A stretch of 64,000 nucleotides of DNA, from NCBI RefSeq assembly GCF_031769215.1, contig NW_026782196.1, positions 3,162,001-3,226,000 of the forward strand. Reading direction: 5' to 3'. Below are positions 13,925 through 28,265 of this stretch, piece by piece. The translations under genes were made by a program, and so were the position numbers. Each line of letters starts with the position of its first letter. Position 1 is the stretch's first letter. Below the pieces are notes generated by a model. That model worked only from the letters and a program-made list of their open reading frames with translations. It was not told the origin of the DNA and did no database searches. This DNA is from Ylistrum balloti (lineage: Eukaryota).

Positions 13925-16900
13925 CAATCTTCAGAATATAGCAATGGCATGTCCACTGACGCGTAATGTCTTGATTCGGTACCAGGTGATAAGCTGATTC
14001 GTTATTTTCTTGTTTTAACGCCAGTAGGTACATGGTGTACACTTGTGTACTTATACGAAATAGCAAGTGAATAACTCGCAAAACAATGTCACGAACATAC
14101 CAAAACGTATGATAAACCACGTATCTTATATGTCAATACATACGTAGTTTCCTAACATGAATGTAGGTTTTAGATTTTATTCTGTATAGTGTGCATTTCT
14201 ATTCTTTTGTAGTCCATTGTACTGAACCTAACCTTGCTGAAATAACATAACGGAATTTGTTAGACATTTTTCTTTGTGGATAAACCTGTTTAATTTACTC
14301 GAAGATATGAACGGGTTTATCATGAATTTACGTGTATATATTATATATTACAATGTATATACCATTTGGAGTCCGTAAAACGTTTGACTCACATGACTTT
14401 GCGATGCTTGTATTTCTGTACCAGGAGCATAGCATTAGGTAGCTTTGTATAGATTACACAACTTCACGCCTGACTAATATACACAGCTTACATACATACA
14501 CATGTATGCCATTTAAAAACAAGAAAGAAAATACTGACATGCTGATCGAATCTGAATTCATTATGTAATATGTTGATGCACTTCTGAAGCGATTTTCAAA
14601 GCATAGAGTCATCTAGATTATATTTTTGCGTGTTACATGATTGATTTTAGGTTAAACATTACATGTTTCAAAAACATTTCATTTACAAAAATGTCAATCT
14701 AAATTGATAATTAAAAATACAAATTTTTTAAAAGAGCAAAGCATTTCCGAACTTGTGTTTTGGCCTAAACCAAGCACTCAATACACATGAGCTATTTTCT
14801 GTTAGAGTTACCTCCCCTATACGTGTCGTTGTGCGACAGGTTTCCATATTTTATTCAATTTCGAAGAAATACGACTATGTTGAGCATTACATGATTCTTG
14901 TTAGTTTTAATTGAAATAATTAATTACGTTTGCACGGAGTACACTTTTCAAGATGTATGCTGATACGGATTTGAATGTTTTGGCCATGCAAATATCTTGT
15001 CACGGGAGGAGCAATTTACAATGTACCCTTTTCACTCTCGCGAGAATAGGACATGATATACAGTTCTGTATCATGTTCTTTTGCTTACTGCCTTTCCTTG
15101 CTACAACATCGAGTAACTGAAGATTAAATCTTAAATTACAGAGAATCAAGCTACGTTTATATAACTCAATACTATATTTCGCTGCGGTTTCACTACTTGC
15201 TTCGAAATAATTTCTCCATGGAATACTGCTTCTGGTTTTTGTAGTATCATAAAATTAATAGCAACACATATGGAAAGGGAGGTCATTATGTCAAGTCTGA
15301 TTAATTGAACTGTGTTATTAAACTTTTTTATAATTTGAGAAATGTCACGCATCACTTGTGTCGATTAATCACTATACCGTGCATATACAAAGAACAAGTC
15401 TGCAATTTATCTCCTTTTTGATCAATGATTATTTTAAATGTATAGATAACATATTGCTACTGCTATATAATCATCCATCGTCATACATGTAAATTACATA
15501 CTTATAAATGTACATTTTGTTTACCAACTACTTTTTTTTAATTCGCACTACATTTGATAAATGGTCTATTTTGCAAAAGATATCTGTAAAAAGTAACCAG
15601 ACCCCGTATCTACGTGTAATATACTTAAATTCATATCAGGATAAGATATTGTATCTTACCTACATGGTTAACGATGCTCATTCGATGTACGTAAATGTAT
15701 ATAGAAGATTCACAGATGACCGTAGCCGAATTCACTACAGTACATTGTGACCATCTGGTGCATTTTTGGTCTATAATCTGATTACCATCTCGTCACACTA
15801 TTTTCGACCTTAGTGTACATAAGATTATAGTGTAGCCGAAAAAGCTGGTCGATTCCGTACCATCTCGTACACTACGTACATCAGTGCTTGTACGCTCCAC
15901 ACTGGTCATGTGTCAGATGAAGGTGACCGTGTAGTCATCGACACGTCACACTCTAGTCTTCTACTGGTTATGTCATAAGAAATTATATTCTATTGACACT
16001 ACAAACCCGTAGAAAATGTTCCAAGACATCTAACCTTTAGGTTTGATCATGGATATATCATGTTATTTTCCTATTGGCTGAAAATGCTCAGTTGGATATA
16101 GACATATCGTTCAGTTTAATTTTAATTCAAAGTTATTAGAGTTAATTGAAGTTTTACTTTGTATTTCAGAACAACGGAAAATGTTAAAGATCTGTATACA
16201 AATGAAATTGGACTACAGCCAAAATCTGCAATCGCCCCCATTTAAGGAGGAAAAAAATTCTATAAAGCTACATTTCCATGAATCTAAATATCTTTATGTA
16301 TGTAGCAACATTAGCATGATCTATGGTCATGGAAATAAGAAAATATTACGATTTTATCATTTATTATAATACAAATATTTAGTTTAATTATAAAGACTTC
16401 CATAAGGACAGTTCTCTATTCAAACTAACTGTGAAGGTCACCACACACAATGTGTATACGCAAGACTGTTGACGAGTAGACAAACACTTGTGTTGACGTA
16501 TATACTAAACTTATCATCTATCGAAAGAGGAATAACTGTATGTTGGAATAGATAAAAGATTTCTACTCATCAGATCACGCCCCCCTTATTTCTAGGAAGG
16601 TCTTGAAGGTATTGTTTTTGCCGCTAAATTAGTTTCTGTGAGATAAATGGCAAATCTCAGAAGTATCTCTTTTTTCAATGCTTATCTAAACTGTTTTTAG
16701 AATATATTTATACAACAACTTCATCATCATCATACGTACATATTAATTGGCACTGTTTGGTCTATATATAAAAAGTTATCAATCAGAAGTAAATTGAGTC
16801 TGTTATATACTGTACACCGATGTTGATTCAAAATCTATAAATGTATACAGATTCACGTGTGACCGACATCACGTGTGACCGACATCTGGTCATTGTGTTT

Positions 16901-18599
16901 GACACTTAACATATCCTGTTATTTTACTATACTGCACAGAACAATATATACACATACTTCAGAATTGATCTAACTCTAGATGTAGATCCGAGTTCATGAT
17001 GCATTCATGATAAAATAAAATTTTAAGGGAAATTTCGGGATCGTATATGAAAGAAAACATCAAGCATGCGATGGAATTTATTAAAAAAAACACGTTGATT
17101 ATGTGACCATACACACCTATTTTGTTTTCTGTTCGGATGTAACAATTCAACTCTATATATCAAAAGTATTCTGTATAACATCAGGAGTTTAAAAGTCGAC
17201 TTATTTTTGTTTTGTTATAGAAGATTGCTATTAATTCCATAACGCTTTTTTCTTGCATACATCATTTTATGCGAATGGATCAAACTGCAACTTTTTTTCC
17301 TTTCTAGAAGGACGAAAAACATTTCTATTAGTTCCGAGGTTTGCCCTATGCTGCACTCCAAGTTTTCATTCATGCATATGTACTTCACCTTCTTCTAAAA
17401 TTCGCATATATATGAAATTCGGTTAATTATATTTAACGTTTAGGTCGTAAGCATCATTGACGTGTCTAAGGAGGACGAAACAGCTGCATGATGCAGCTTA
17501 ATTCATTGTTAAGCTTTACTGCAGCTTGTCTAAATTTGTGTGAAAAAGTATTTTTCACTTGTGTGTCAGTTGAATGAAAGGATCTTCTTATATATTATGT
17601 TGAAAGAACATTTTGACAAGTTATAAAAACTTAAGCTATTCGGTGCTCTGATATTGAGTGTTTATGCCATTTTCCATTTGTCTATCATGCGTGTTGTTTA
17701 GGTCGTCAAACAGATCTTAACTGTTTGGAGATACAGACTAACGAGCATCAAACACATCCTCCTTCAAATCGCACAAAGTAGAGTATTTCTCAGTGCGATC
17801 ACTATAACGAGCGTAAAACATCCTCATAATTTTTATCAACTTCCATATAATTTGAAACCCTGCGTTTCTCAGTTGATGTCATCTTAAAATTGGGATATCA
17901 ACTTCAAAATCGGTTTAGCTACAGCTGGTAATTAACCGATAACAAACTTAAGAGTCTCCCTATACAGATTGGTATCCGCACAACGTTGAGCATGGTATTC
18001 GGACAAAAGACGATTCTGCATGGGCTAGTATTGGTATATATTTTTTCCGATGAAGTCATGTGGTTATCTGTATCAAACTTGGTTATGTGTGGAACGGCTT
18101 ATGGATAATATTTACCCCAACACGTGTGTCCCCTGACAATGACGTGTATTAGTTTTTGTATTTGTGTATTTCATACTGTGGTGTTCGGACCCTGTGCATA
18201 GTTCAAGGTATTATTTCTGCTCAAAAGATATTATTATTGATCACCGCCTTGATGTGTTATTGCTCGTCAGTTCTCTACAAGTCCATACTGCTTCCAAAAT
18301 GACAATGTCCTTGTGCATCAGGCACGTATTATAAAAGAATTCAAGCAAAACAATAGAATTCCTATTGCCAAGACTCATGATATTAAAGTTTTATGAATAA
18401 GAATTTACAATATGGATTCAAATGAATAATTATCTAACAGAAATGTTAGGCAAGCATTACCATCACTTAAATTATAGGGTTAAATAATAGTAAGATTAGA
18501 TAGGTAATAAAATTATATATAACAAGATGTAGTCAAAGTTTGTCAGTTGATCACGGCTGCAGGTTCAAACTGTCCATATACCCACACTCCTGAGCCGAG

Positions 18600-19690
18600 T
18601 CCGTAAAAATTGACAGGCAGACCAAACGTAAGATAACAGATTCAAATTAAAAATAGAAAAAAATGTATATATAAGTAGAATAAGGCTAAAACAGGCGACC
18701 GGTATCAGTTATGAATCTCTGAACAAAATCAAGAATATATTTATTTATATTTGCATTAAGTGTATGAGATCCTTTAAGAAATGTATCAGTGGTAAGGGGT
18801 ATAGAATCACTAAGAGTAGAAAGAGAATTAAGGAGGAGTTGTGTTTGGATAGTAAAGAACGGACAATGGATTAAAGAAGTGAGTAGGATCTTCAACTCGG
18901 TGGCCACAAGTACAGGCAGGGTTGTCTTTAAGGTGGGAATTAAATAAGTCAAAATTTAGATTACTTGCAGAGTTTCTTAGTTGACACAAGATTGTGTTTG
19001 CCTTTCTGTTACCGTAATATTTAAAAGTATCAGTGCATTGTAAAAGAGGATTGATAACAGGCTGTGACAAAAATGCTTTTCTTATTGTATAAATGGATGT
19101 CAATGAGGGAAACAGACAGGATGGGTCATTCCATTCAGTCATGAGTTTTGGGAAAAAACTAGTGCTATATTGACGAGTTCTTGCAAGGGACACATCAAAC
19201 AACCTGTTGTGTCGAAGAGGATAATGAGCAGTATCATTGTTGATAAAAGGCTGAATAAAATTAGTTACATGAAGAGGGCATCTGTTTTTTAAAATGTTTT
19301 AAAAAATGGATATTTTGATGTAGGTGTCTTCGTTTAGCTAATGATATTAATCTAGACTCATTATAAAGGATAGCATGACTGGTGCCCCGTCTCAGACCAG
19401 TAATAATATGTATTGCCTCTAATTGAACTGATTCTAAGATGTTGCATTCCCTTTCTGTGCAGTTAGACCTAACAATATCAGCATATTCTAAAATAGGAAG
19501 AATAAATGTTATATTTATTAATTTAAGTGACTTTCTGTCAAATTTGTACTTAAACATTCTAAGAATATTTATTCGTTTATAAGCTTTCTCATACATAAAG
19601 CTTATGTGGTTGGACCAATTAGCATGAATGAGTTTTATTTGATATTTATACATACTAAAACACTAACATTCTCTTACGTAACTAATAAAC
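18600..19690 (-). mobile_element. 5'-truncated, decayed CR1/L2-type LINE (RT C-terminal region and 3' end)
   Basis: Frame-broken ORFs: FILPILEYADIV..LESVQLEAIHIITGLRRGTSHAILY; QLRNSASNLNFDL..PACTCGHRVEDPTHFF; FVQRFITDTGRLF. Boundaries are approximate. Confidence 0.85.
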
Positions 19691-22029
19691 AATTGTTCAG
19701 AATTAGGATAATGATGAATGAACAGATATCTTGATTGTAGGGCGTTTCCTGGTTGTCTGTATATTTCAGTGGATAAGCTTTTGTATGCTTTAACATTGTC
19801 TATTTGTCCATTATATTGAATACATGTGTAATGATATATATTATGAAACGAAAAAAAATGAATGATTCAATCCCACGGCGACTATTAACAGTATTAAATC
19901 AAAAGAACGCCTAAGCAAATAATAGACAAGTGGGTTTTATTAATGTTTCATCCCGGTTTTAGTTTTTTGAAGCAGGTCTGGTTCATTTCCGTCATTATGG
20001 AAAATTGTGAAAACTCTTGGCACAAAGGTTCAAATTGCGTTCGATTTTCCATTGAAAGTGATTTTAATAGGAGAAGAGCATGAAAAGCTCCTTCAATTAG
20101 AAAGTGGTTAAGACACTTGTTTGTGAAGTGATTTTGTTACCTGGATGTTCAGGCATAACCAAATATCGAAAAATACATGGTTTATGTATTACGGGTTCTT
20201 TGAATTCCATATACCATTTAATCCACGTCCACATTTTCTACAAATTATGAACGAGATTGTAAAATCACCATCAGTTTTTGGTATTCTAAAATATTTATCA
20301 GAAACGCATGCATATTTCAATAGCATTTCCTTTGTTGTCGAATGTTTCGATTGTTTTTTCGAACAGGAGATGTTACCAAGGTAAGAAAGTTGAAAGTTTC
20401 GTTTATAGATAATATGGTATAATTATCTATCAGTGTGCTTATGACATCAAAATTTTCGAATTTTTAATATTTACCTCGCATAGAAATTCTTGTGATGAAA
20501 ACATCTTAATTACTTCGCTTTCCCCTGTCACACCTGAAATAAGAGTTACCACTTTAAAAAGACAATCGAGATATACTCATGTGATGTCAATCATATAAAA
20601 AAAACAGTACCAGTTATACATTCCTATTCTATTTACAGTGTTGAAAAGGGAAGCCTTTTCACATTGCATTGCTAGTAAGGACCATCTTCTTAATTAGCAC
20701 GGATTCATGTCCTCAAAGAATTAACCGCGATTTATAATGCACCACTAGCGCGTTATAGCAAAATTAGTTTTGATATTTGTAAACGTCATTTTGAACACTG
20801 TTACTCGCAAATAATATATTCAGAATTGATATTAATGTAAATTTTTCATCATTCTATAACGACAGTTCATCTTGGACAAATCTCATTTTACATACCAGTG
20901 TAAAGGAGATGAGCTGTGTCGACATATCATTATTAAAAGACATCGGCCTGGACATTGATATCGGTGTTCCTGCCTCTCGCACATAATACTCTTTTCGCCT
21001 CTAGCCAATCTTAATAAAAATTCAAATCATCAACCATTCGATCAGGTTATTTAGGATGTCAACTTGTTGAAATTGCAAGTTTGACCCATTTTTTGGCAAA
21101 ATATGGAATTTTTAACATGCATGAACTAATACAAAAACAGTAATTCAGGTTAGGTTGTCTTTAAGTGCGATCGCCTACAGTTCCATATTAAATGGAAACG
21201 AATATAATTATAATTTATCATATACTATAGATACTTTTGTAACTATTTGTAAATATAACTTTTAATTAGACTAATACAAGGAATCTAAAGTGGCGATATT
21301 CTCACTCCACATCTCTTTCTTTGATGTGTCGCAAATATATGGTGCCACAAAGCTTTGGCAATGATACTGTGATAACAATATCAACCTCTTGCCAATCTTA
21401 GTTGCTATAGGTCATATTACATTTGTATGATAACAAATGGTAATATTAGTGGTGTTATTATGCTGACAATAGGGTGGTCATGTGATATCCTCAAATAGAT
21501 TTGTCAATGTTTTTAACATTTATCACGAATCACATATCGACGGAAGTGAACACCTCTTGTGACAGGCTGTAACTGGTATCAAATGTAGGGAACAAAATGA
21601 CCCTTATACTTCGTGTTTTACCGATAACCATTAACACTGATAAATGCCAATATCTATGAATATTTACTTTACTGTTCGACTCTGCGGATCGGCAATTCCA
21701 CTCCATTCTGTTGATGTGGCAGGAATTTCTCCAATAACTATATTTCTGAACAGACAAAGTAACAGAGAGCAAACATCTGCTAAGATAAGAAAAAATGTAG
21801 CTTATTACATATTTTAGATAAACATACATTGAAGGCACAGTATACAATAGAGATAAATAAAAGTTAATCAAAAAATCACCATCTATGAAGTCAAATTCCT
21901 TTACATTTATCGTAATCATTATCAAAGAATGACCGTATTAACTGAAATATAACACAATGAATGACGAATTTTAATTGTTTTCTCCTTCCATTAATGCACC
22001 AATCTGTAAAAGAAAAATGAAAAAGATAT

Positions 22030-22430
22030 AGTTCCCCTTTGTCCTTGGTTATGCCAATATAATTTTGGGACTGACCAGAAAGACAAAATGGCCGACAGGC
22101 GATCATCTTGTATTTTTCTCAGCAAAGTTTGTTATTGCTATTTCTTGGGAAGTGCTAAATGTATCTTTCTTAGATTTCATATGTAGGTTGTTTTCCTTTT
22201 GTTCTTAGATGTGCCCATTTGGTTTTGGATCTGATCAAAAAGTCAAAATGCCTGACAACGGCCATCTCGGATTTTGATTTAGTTTGTTATCGCTACAACA
22301 GCCTAGATTTCATTAAATTTCATGTGAAAGTTTCTCTTGATCCCCAGTTGTGCCTTTTAGATTTGTGTACTGATCAGGAATAGAAAATGGCCAACTGGCG
22401 GCTATCTTGTAGTATATGAGACTGTATAAT
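22030..22430. repeat. Interspersed repeat with AAAATGGCCG...GCCATCTTG motifs (Helentron/HINE-like); internally deleted relative of 23917-24432
   Basis: Matches 23917-24000 joined to 24129-24432. The family label is recalled from mollusc repeat motifs, not verified. Confidence 0.6.
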
Positions 22431-23769
22431 ACAATTTATAGCCTTTATTAACATAGGGAAATTGCAATCATCACGCTTAACATACAGCTTTGTATATAAT
22501 ACAACAAGAAAGAAACACGCTAGTTTAATAGCCCTAAGAAGTAAAGGGACACATGATTTAATCGCCAGCATGTCTCTTATTTACCTGCTGAAGGACGCTA
22601 AAGGCATTGAAGTCCCTAACTGCACACATACTCTCGGTCTAGGGTTACCTATTAAGGATAATTATTAACGATAATTAGCGTTATACACAAAACATAATCA
22701 TTGGTAATTTTAAATGGTGAATACAATTTATAACTGTGTCGGTAACATCGACTACCGATAAGTGTTATATCTATTTGTAGTACATATACACCTCCTGCAC
22801 AATTCGTAGAGGAAGTATTTGACTGTTGGCATTGCGTCTACCTATAAAATCACCGATACTTACTCATGTGATTGTGAACCATTCGTGGAAGTATCACACC
22901 GTAGTCTCACGACATCGGAAGGCCGCTAATATATCCGGGCAATTGTGAGTAGATTCCAATTTGCAGATATAACAATACACCCTAAAAAACACTGTTTCAG
23001 GCATGAAATACTTCAAAGTATAATTTTGAAATTATTGGTGAAAAAACTTTTTTTTCTGAAAATTTCAAATATACATTATTTTTGCTAGTATGTGGTGACT
23101 TCGCAATGTAGGAGAAATTGCGTGACTGTAAATTTGTATTAATAATCAAGAACCAAACTACAATCATATTTCTCATCATATTAATTTTTTAGAAGTAAAT
23201 CACAGACATATCCTTACTAGAAACTACCTCTGTGGTGTCTCTACGTTGGAGATGAGATTGGGAGATCTCGAAAGGAAGGAAAGACGATTAAGTTGACAAA
23301 CGGAAGATTTAAAAGAATTTTTTAAGATTTTAAACAAATTAATCGGAGAAAATAAAATCTCCCATAGGTTAAGCTGTGGATAAAACTGTCTGAGAGAAGT
23401 GTACTGTCAATGTAATTTATAAATACTTACATACTAGTATGCTTGGCAATACCGATCAAATGGTAAAAGGACAGTATGGTATACATTTGCGTGTCCAATA
23501 TTGGTGAATTTTGCTTTTTTGGGGATCGATACGAAAGAAATACAGTACATAAAACAGTAGCAAATTTGTATGGTAGCATAGTCCTTGGTGACGTCCATAT
23601 ATAGACCTTAACATGAAACGTAAGACAAGGCAAACTCGTTTAAAATGGTTTTTCTGGTATTGTTTCTTGTGTATATTCCTTTGAGGTTGCGCATAACACT
23701 TTTTAACTCATTTGAATTTATATTGAAACAATGCAAATTATACACAAATACATGTACTAGACATTCTTT

Positions 23770-24450
23770 TAGTCCCTAGTTGTGACCGTTTGATTTTTTG
23801 GACTGATCAGAGAAACAAAATTACTGAGAGACGGCTATCTTGTATTTTTCAATGCAGACTGTTATCGCTATTTCTTGAAAAGTACTTGATGGGCTCTCTT
23901 CCAATTTCATATGTAGGTTCCCCTTTGTCCTTGATTGTGCCACTGTAATTTTGGGACAGACCAGAAAGACAAAATGGCCAACAGGCGATCATTTTGAATT
24001 TTGACTTTGAACTTCTGTAATCATTATTTCTCGAGAACTGCAGCATAGATCTTTCTCAAATTTCATGTGATAGTTTCCTTTGGTTGCTAGTTGTGCCTGT
24101 ATTATTATGGGAACGATCCAAAACATCAAATGGCCGACAGGCAGCCATCTTGTATTTTTCTAAGCAAAGTTTGTTATTGCTATTTCTTGAGAAGTGCTAA
24201 ATGTATCTTTCTTAGATTTCATATGTAGGTTGTTTTCCTTTTGATCTTAGATGTCCCCATTTGATTCTGAGTCTGATCAAAAAGTCAAAATGCCTGACAA
24301 CGGCCATCTTGGATTTTGTTTTAGTTTGTTATCGCTACAACAGCCTAGGTTTTCATCAAATTTCATGGGAAAGTTTCCCTTGATCCCCAGTTGTGCTTTT
24401 TAATTTTTTGTACTGATCAGGAAAAGAAAATGGAAAACATTTCTTAAGAA
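23770..24450. repeat. Array of ~150-200-bp subunits with AAAATGGCCGACAGGC(A/G)..CCATCTTG (Helentron/HINE-like)
   Basis: The motif recurs at about 23815, 23972, 24128 and 24286. Confidence 0.6.
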
Positions 24451-25452
24451 GTACTGACCGCTCTCAAATTTCTTACGTGTGTTCCCGTTTGATAATAGCT
24501 CGTTTGATTTTGGGAGTGTTTAGAAAAGGACTAAATCGGTTTCAGGCGACCATCTTTAATTTGGCAGATAAAGATTATCATCATTTTTTCTGCAAAGGAA
24601 TATATTTCTTATCATTAAGAGCAATATTGGAGAAGTGAAAAGAAGAGAAGAAGCCCAACTTTCAAAGGTCAAATCAAGATCAAACAATGGTGGGCGCCAA
24701 CATCCCTGTGGGATATTTTGTTTCAATTCAATTTCGATTTTCCGAGGTCGCCCATAGTCTTCATCATGTTGGGTCCATGACATTACTAACGAGACCTTAA
24801 AGGACGAAACTGCTCTATTATGCAGATTTACTTACTAATTGCCTAAAAGATGCAATAATTCTTTTTTTATTTAATATTCTGATAGTTTATCATTTGTATA
24901 CATATTGCTTAACTTAACTGCTGTCAAATACCATATATTGCAAGAATAGTTAAATCTATTTCCAATGTTTGGAATAAATTGAATCACAAAATTTAGACTA
25001 AATGAGAAAAACGTAAAGGTAGATTGACCAAATTAGTTATTTTGATTTACCAAGAAAGGAATACACACCTTCTGTATAATGTTAAGATAAATAAACTTGT
25101 ACATAAACATTTCCTGACGCTCATCAATTGACGGCCTTGCTGATAGTGAAGTTGACTTTTTGGTCTATATCTAATGATCAATTGTTTACGTGTAGCTGAA
25201 CATTACTATACTCGAATGAAGTTTACTCGAGTAGTAGAATCTAACTTCATGATGAATATCTCATATTTTTGAAATTTTGGACAGAGAATTATGAAAAAAC
25301 TTTTTTATTCTAGTTGATGTGCCCTGACGTAGAAAGAGAAAATACCTTTATCATAGGAAATTTTCATGTTTATCTTTCAACAGAAGTTCCAAGACAGGTC
25401 GACTAACCTACCTTATAGGACTTTGATATATGTCCTTGTGAGGAATATAAAA

Positions 25453-28265
25453 ATGACGGAATCATCCACATTTCGTCTTTGTATCATTTTGTTCCTGGTA
25501 ACTATCACCATACCTGGATGTATTTGTGAACGTGAGTATCTAGGAAGGATTTATATGTAAGTCTTAAGGTGAGTATCCAGACAGGGTTTATAGGTAAGGC
25601 TCATGGTGAATATTCAGGCAGGGTATATAGGCAAGGCTTGTTGTCAGTATCCAGACAGGGTATGTAGGTAAGGCTCATGGTGAGTATTCAGGCAAGGTTT
25701 ATAAGTAAGGCTTAGGGTGAATATCCAGGCAGGGTGTATATGTAAGACTCAGAGAAAGTATCGATACAGGGTTTGAAGGTAAGTCTCAGAGTGAGTATCC
25801 TACAGGGGTTATAGGTAAGGTTGAGGGTGTGTATTAAGGCGAGGCATATAGGAAAGGCTCAGGATAAGTACCCAAGCGGAGCCTATAGGTACAGATCAGG
25901 GTGTTTTGCCAGATATTGCTTATAGGTAAGGATATGGGTGAGTATCCAGGCAGGGTTTATATTTAAGGCTCAGAATGCTTATACAGAGAGGATTTATATG
26001 TAAGGCTCAGAGTGAGTATCCAGGCAGGATTTATATGTAAGGATCAGGGTGAGTATCCAGGCAGGATTTATATGTAAGGATCAGGGTGAGTATCCAGCCG
26101 TGATATTTTCCCAGTTGTTCAAACACTTTATTTTTCACAAAATACCAAAAGCATACTTTTCACCTTACAGGAAAACAACTGTACCTATTCCATGTAAAAT
26201 TAACGTTCGGGTTTGAGGATATACATTTAATATTTGTTTTTCCTGCACCAATCTCTGAATGAAAATGATTGGTATTGATATTTCAATATAATATGGTATG
26301 AATTATTGACGGTCTTTGTCCTTACATGGTATGATCTCATTTCAGTTGTTCCAACTATCACCATTTCACAGAATGCCTATAGCACAATTGCAGGAAACAA
26401 CATCACTCTTGTATGTACCGTGTCTGCCAACCCCGTCCCCACTTCAGTGTTCTGGCAACGTAATGTTGGTTCTGGAACACAGTCCATCACCATTGATGGT
26501 ATCAACTACTCCGGATCTACAGTCAGTAGTCCATCCCTGACTGTCATCAATGCCAACATCAATGATTCTGGAAACTACACCTGTTTCGCCACCAACGTTA
26601 TAGGAACAGAACACAGCGCCGCCATTACGTTGATAGTCACAGGAAGTAAGTATATGATACCAACAATAAGGAGATGAGTGTCGTTTTATCTAATCTTAGT
26701 GGCCGTTATCAGTTACAAAACTCAGTGAACGTTTTATGTCGAAAGATACACAAAAGTAGATAAGGTCTGATGGATGTTAATTGATTTGTATGCCTTAGAA
26801 AAGGCCAATCATTTGGCATAAACTTTACGCATTTTTCGAAAATTGGGGAGAAATTTCTACTTTCCTAAAACTCGGAATGTATTATTAAATGACATAATAT
26901 TGTGTAATCATGAAGGAAAGATTTGATGCGCTCAGAATTAACAAAGTGGGTTTGTTTATTTCAGCTAAAAGTTTTCACCCTGTTCTAACTAAAAAGAACC
27001 GAATCCTCGTAATAAAAACGTTGGGGTTTTTTTGCTTTAAAATAATTTTACCAACAGAAATCATGAAACGAAAACGATTGGTATTGATATTTCAGAATAG
27101 TAACTTCAACATAATGCTCTTCGATATTGGAAGGTTCTGTCCTTATATATGATTTCATTTCAGATGTTCCAGCTGTCGCCATTTCAAAGAATGCCTATAG
27201 CGCAATTGTAGGAAGCACTATCACTCTTATATGTACCGTCAGCTCCAGCCCCGCCCATTTCTCCGTGTTCTGGCAGCGTAACATTGGTACTGACACACAG
27301 AACATCACCACTGACGGTATCAACTACTCCGGATCTACAGTCAGTAGTCCATCCCTGACTGTCATCAATGCCGATATCAATGATTTCGGAAACTACACAT
27401 GTGCGCCACCAACTCTGTAGGAACAGGACAGAGCGCCGGCATTGCATTGACAGTAACTGGAAGTAAGTGTATAATACTTACAGGAAGGAGACGAGGATGG
27501 TTTCACGTAATGTTATAAGAACTTTTACAACTTTGCTTCTGAAATGGATATTAAAGTGTAGAAAATTTGATGTGAATATGTCTCTCTTTTAGTGATTTCG
27601 TGAAATGAGATCGAATTGGCAAATATGTTTTGGTTTCTTTTATATAGAAGACGAATTGCAACTTTCCTATGATTGGAATTTTTTTATTAAATAACACAAC
27701 GACATCCTTTGAGGATGAATAAGGGTTTTTATTCAAAATACAACATTTAAACTTATTTACTTCAACTAACACTTTACTTTTAACCATACAAAAATAATTT
27801 GAACCTAATCCTTGTAAAATTAACGTTCGGATTTGAGGATATACATTTAATATTTGTTTGTCCTGCATCAATCTCTGAACGGAAAGGATTGTTATTGATA
27901 TTTCAATATAACATGGTCTGAATTATTGAAAGTCTTTGTCCTTACATGGTATGATCTCATTTCAGTTGTTCCAATTGTCACCATTTCACAGAACTTCTAC
28001 AGCACAATTGCAGAAAACAATATCACTCTTGAATGTAACGTGAACTCAAACCCCGCCCACACCTCAGTGTTCTGGCAGCGTAATGTTGGTACTGCCACAC
28101 AGAACATCACCACTGACGGTATCAACTACTCCAGATCTACAGTCAGTAGTCCATCCCTGACTGTCATCAATGCCGATATCAAAGATACCGGAAACTACAC
28201 CTGTTTCGCCACCAACTTTGTAGGAACAGGACAGAGCGCCGCCATTACATTGACAGTAACTGGAA
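25453..28265 (+). CDS. Immunoglobulin-domain protein: signal peptide plus tandem Ig exons (hemicentin-like I-set); 3' end unresolved
   Basis: Exon 25453-25531 encodes MTESSTFRLCIILFLVTITIPGCICE with a phase-1 GTGAGT donor. Ig exons 26346-26645 (300 nt), 27164-27462 (299 nt) and 27966-28265 (300 nt) carry ITLxC, VFWQR and DxGNYTC motifs. A possible last exon starts at about 32129. Confidence 0.78.
25532..26099. repeat. 37-bp tandem repeat, about 15 copies (GTGAGTATCCAGGCAGGGTTTATAGGTAAGGCTCAGG)
   Basis: GTGA(G/A)TAT occurs at 25532, 25569, 25606 and onward at 37-bp spacing. Confidence 0.9.
27164..27462 (+). pseudogene. Frameshifted middle Ig exon (1-nt deletion after the second Cys codon)
   Basis: TGT-GC-GCC-ACC-AAC here versus TGT-TTC-GCC-ACC-AAC in the sister exons; 299 vs 300 nt, giving a TAG at 27418-27420. 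Confidence 0.75.

Larger units (their letters stand above)
6991..22013 (+). other. Left arm of a large imperfect inverted segmental duplication
   Basis: 8422-14233 matches the reverse complement of about 39007-33410, and 20722-22013 matches that of about 33410-32119. The 29-bp satellite marks the outer end. Left-only segments: 7313-8421, about 9170-9355, 11579-12109 and 14234-20721. Confidence 0.93.
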
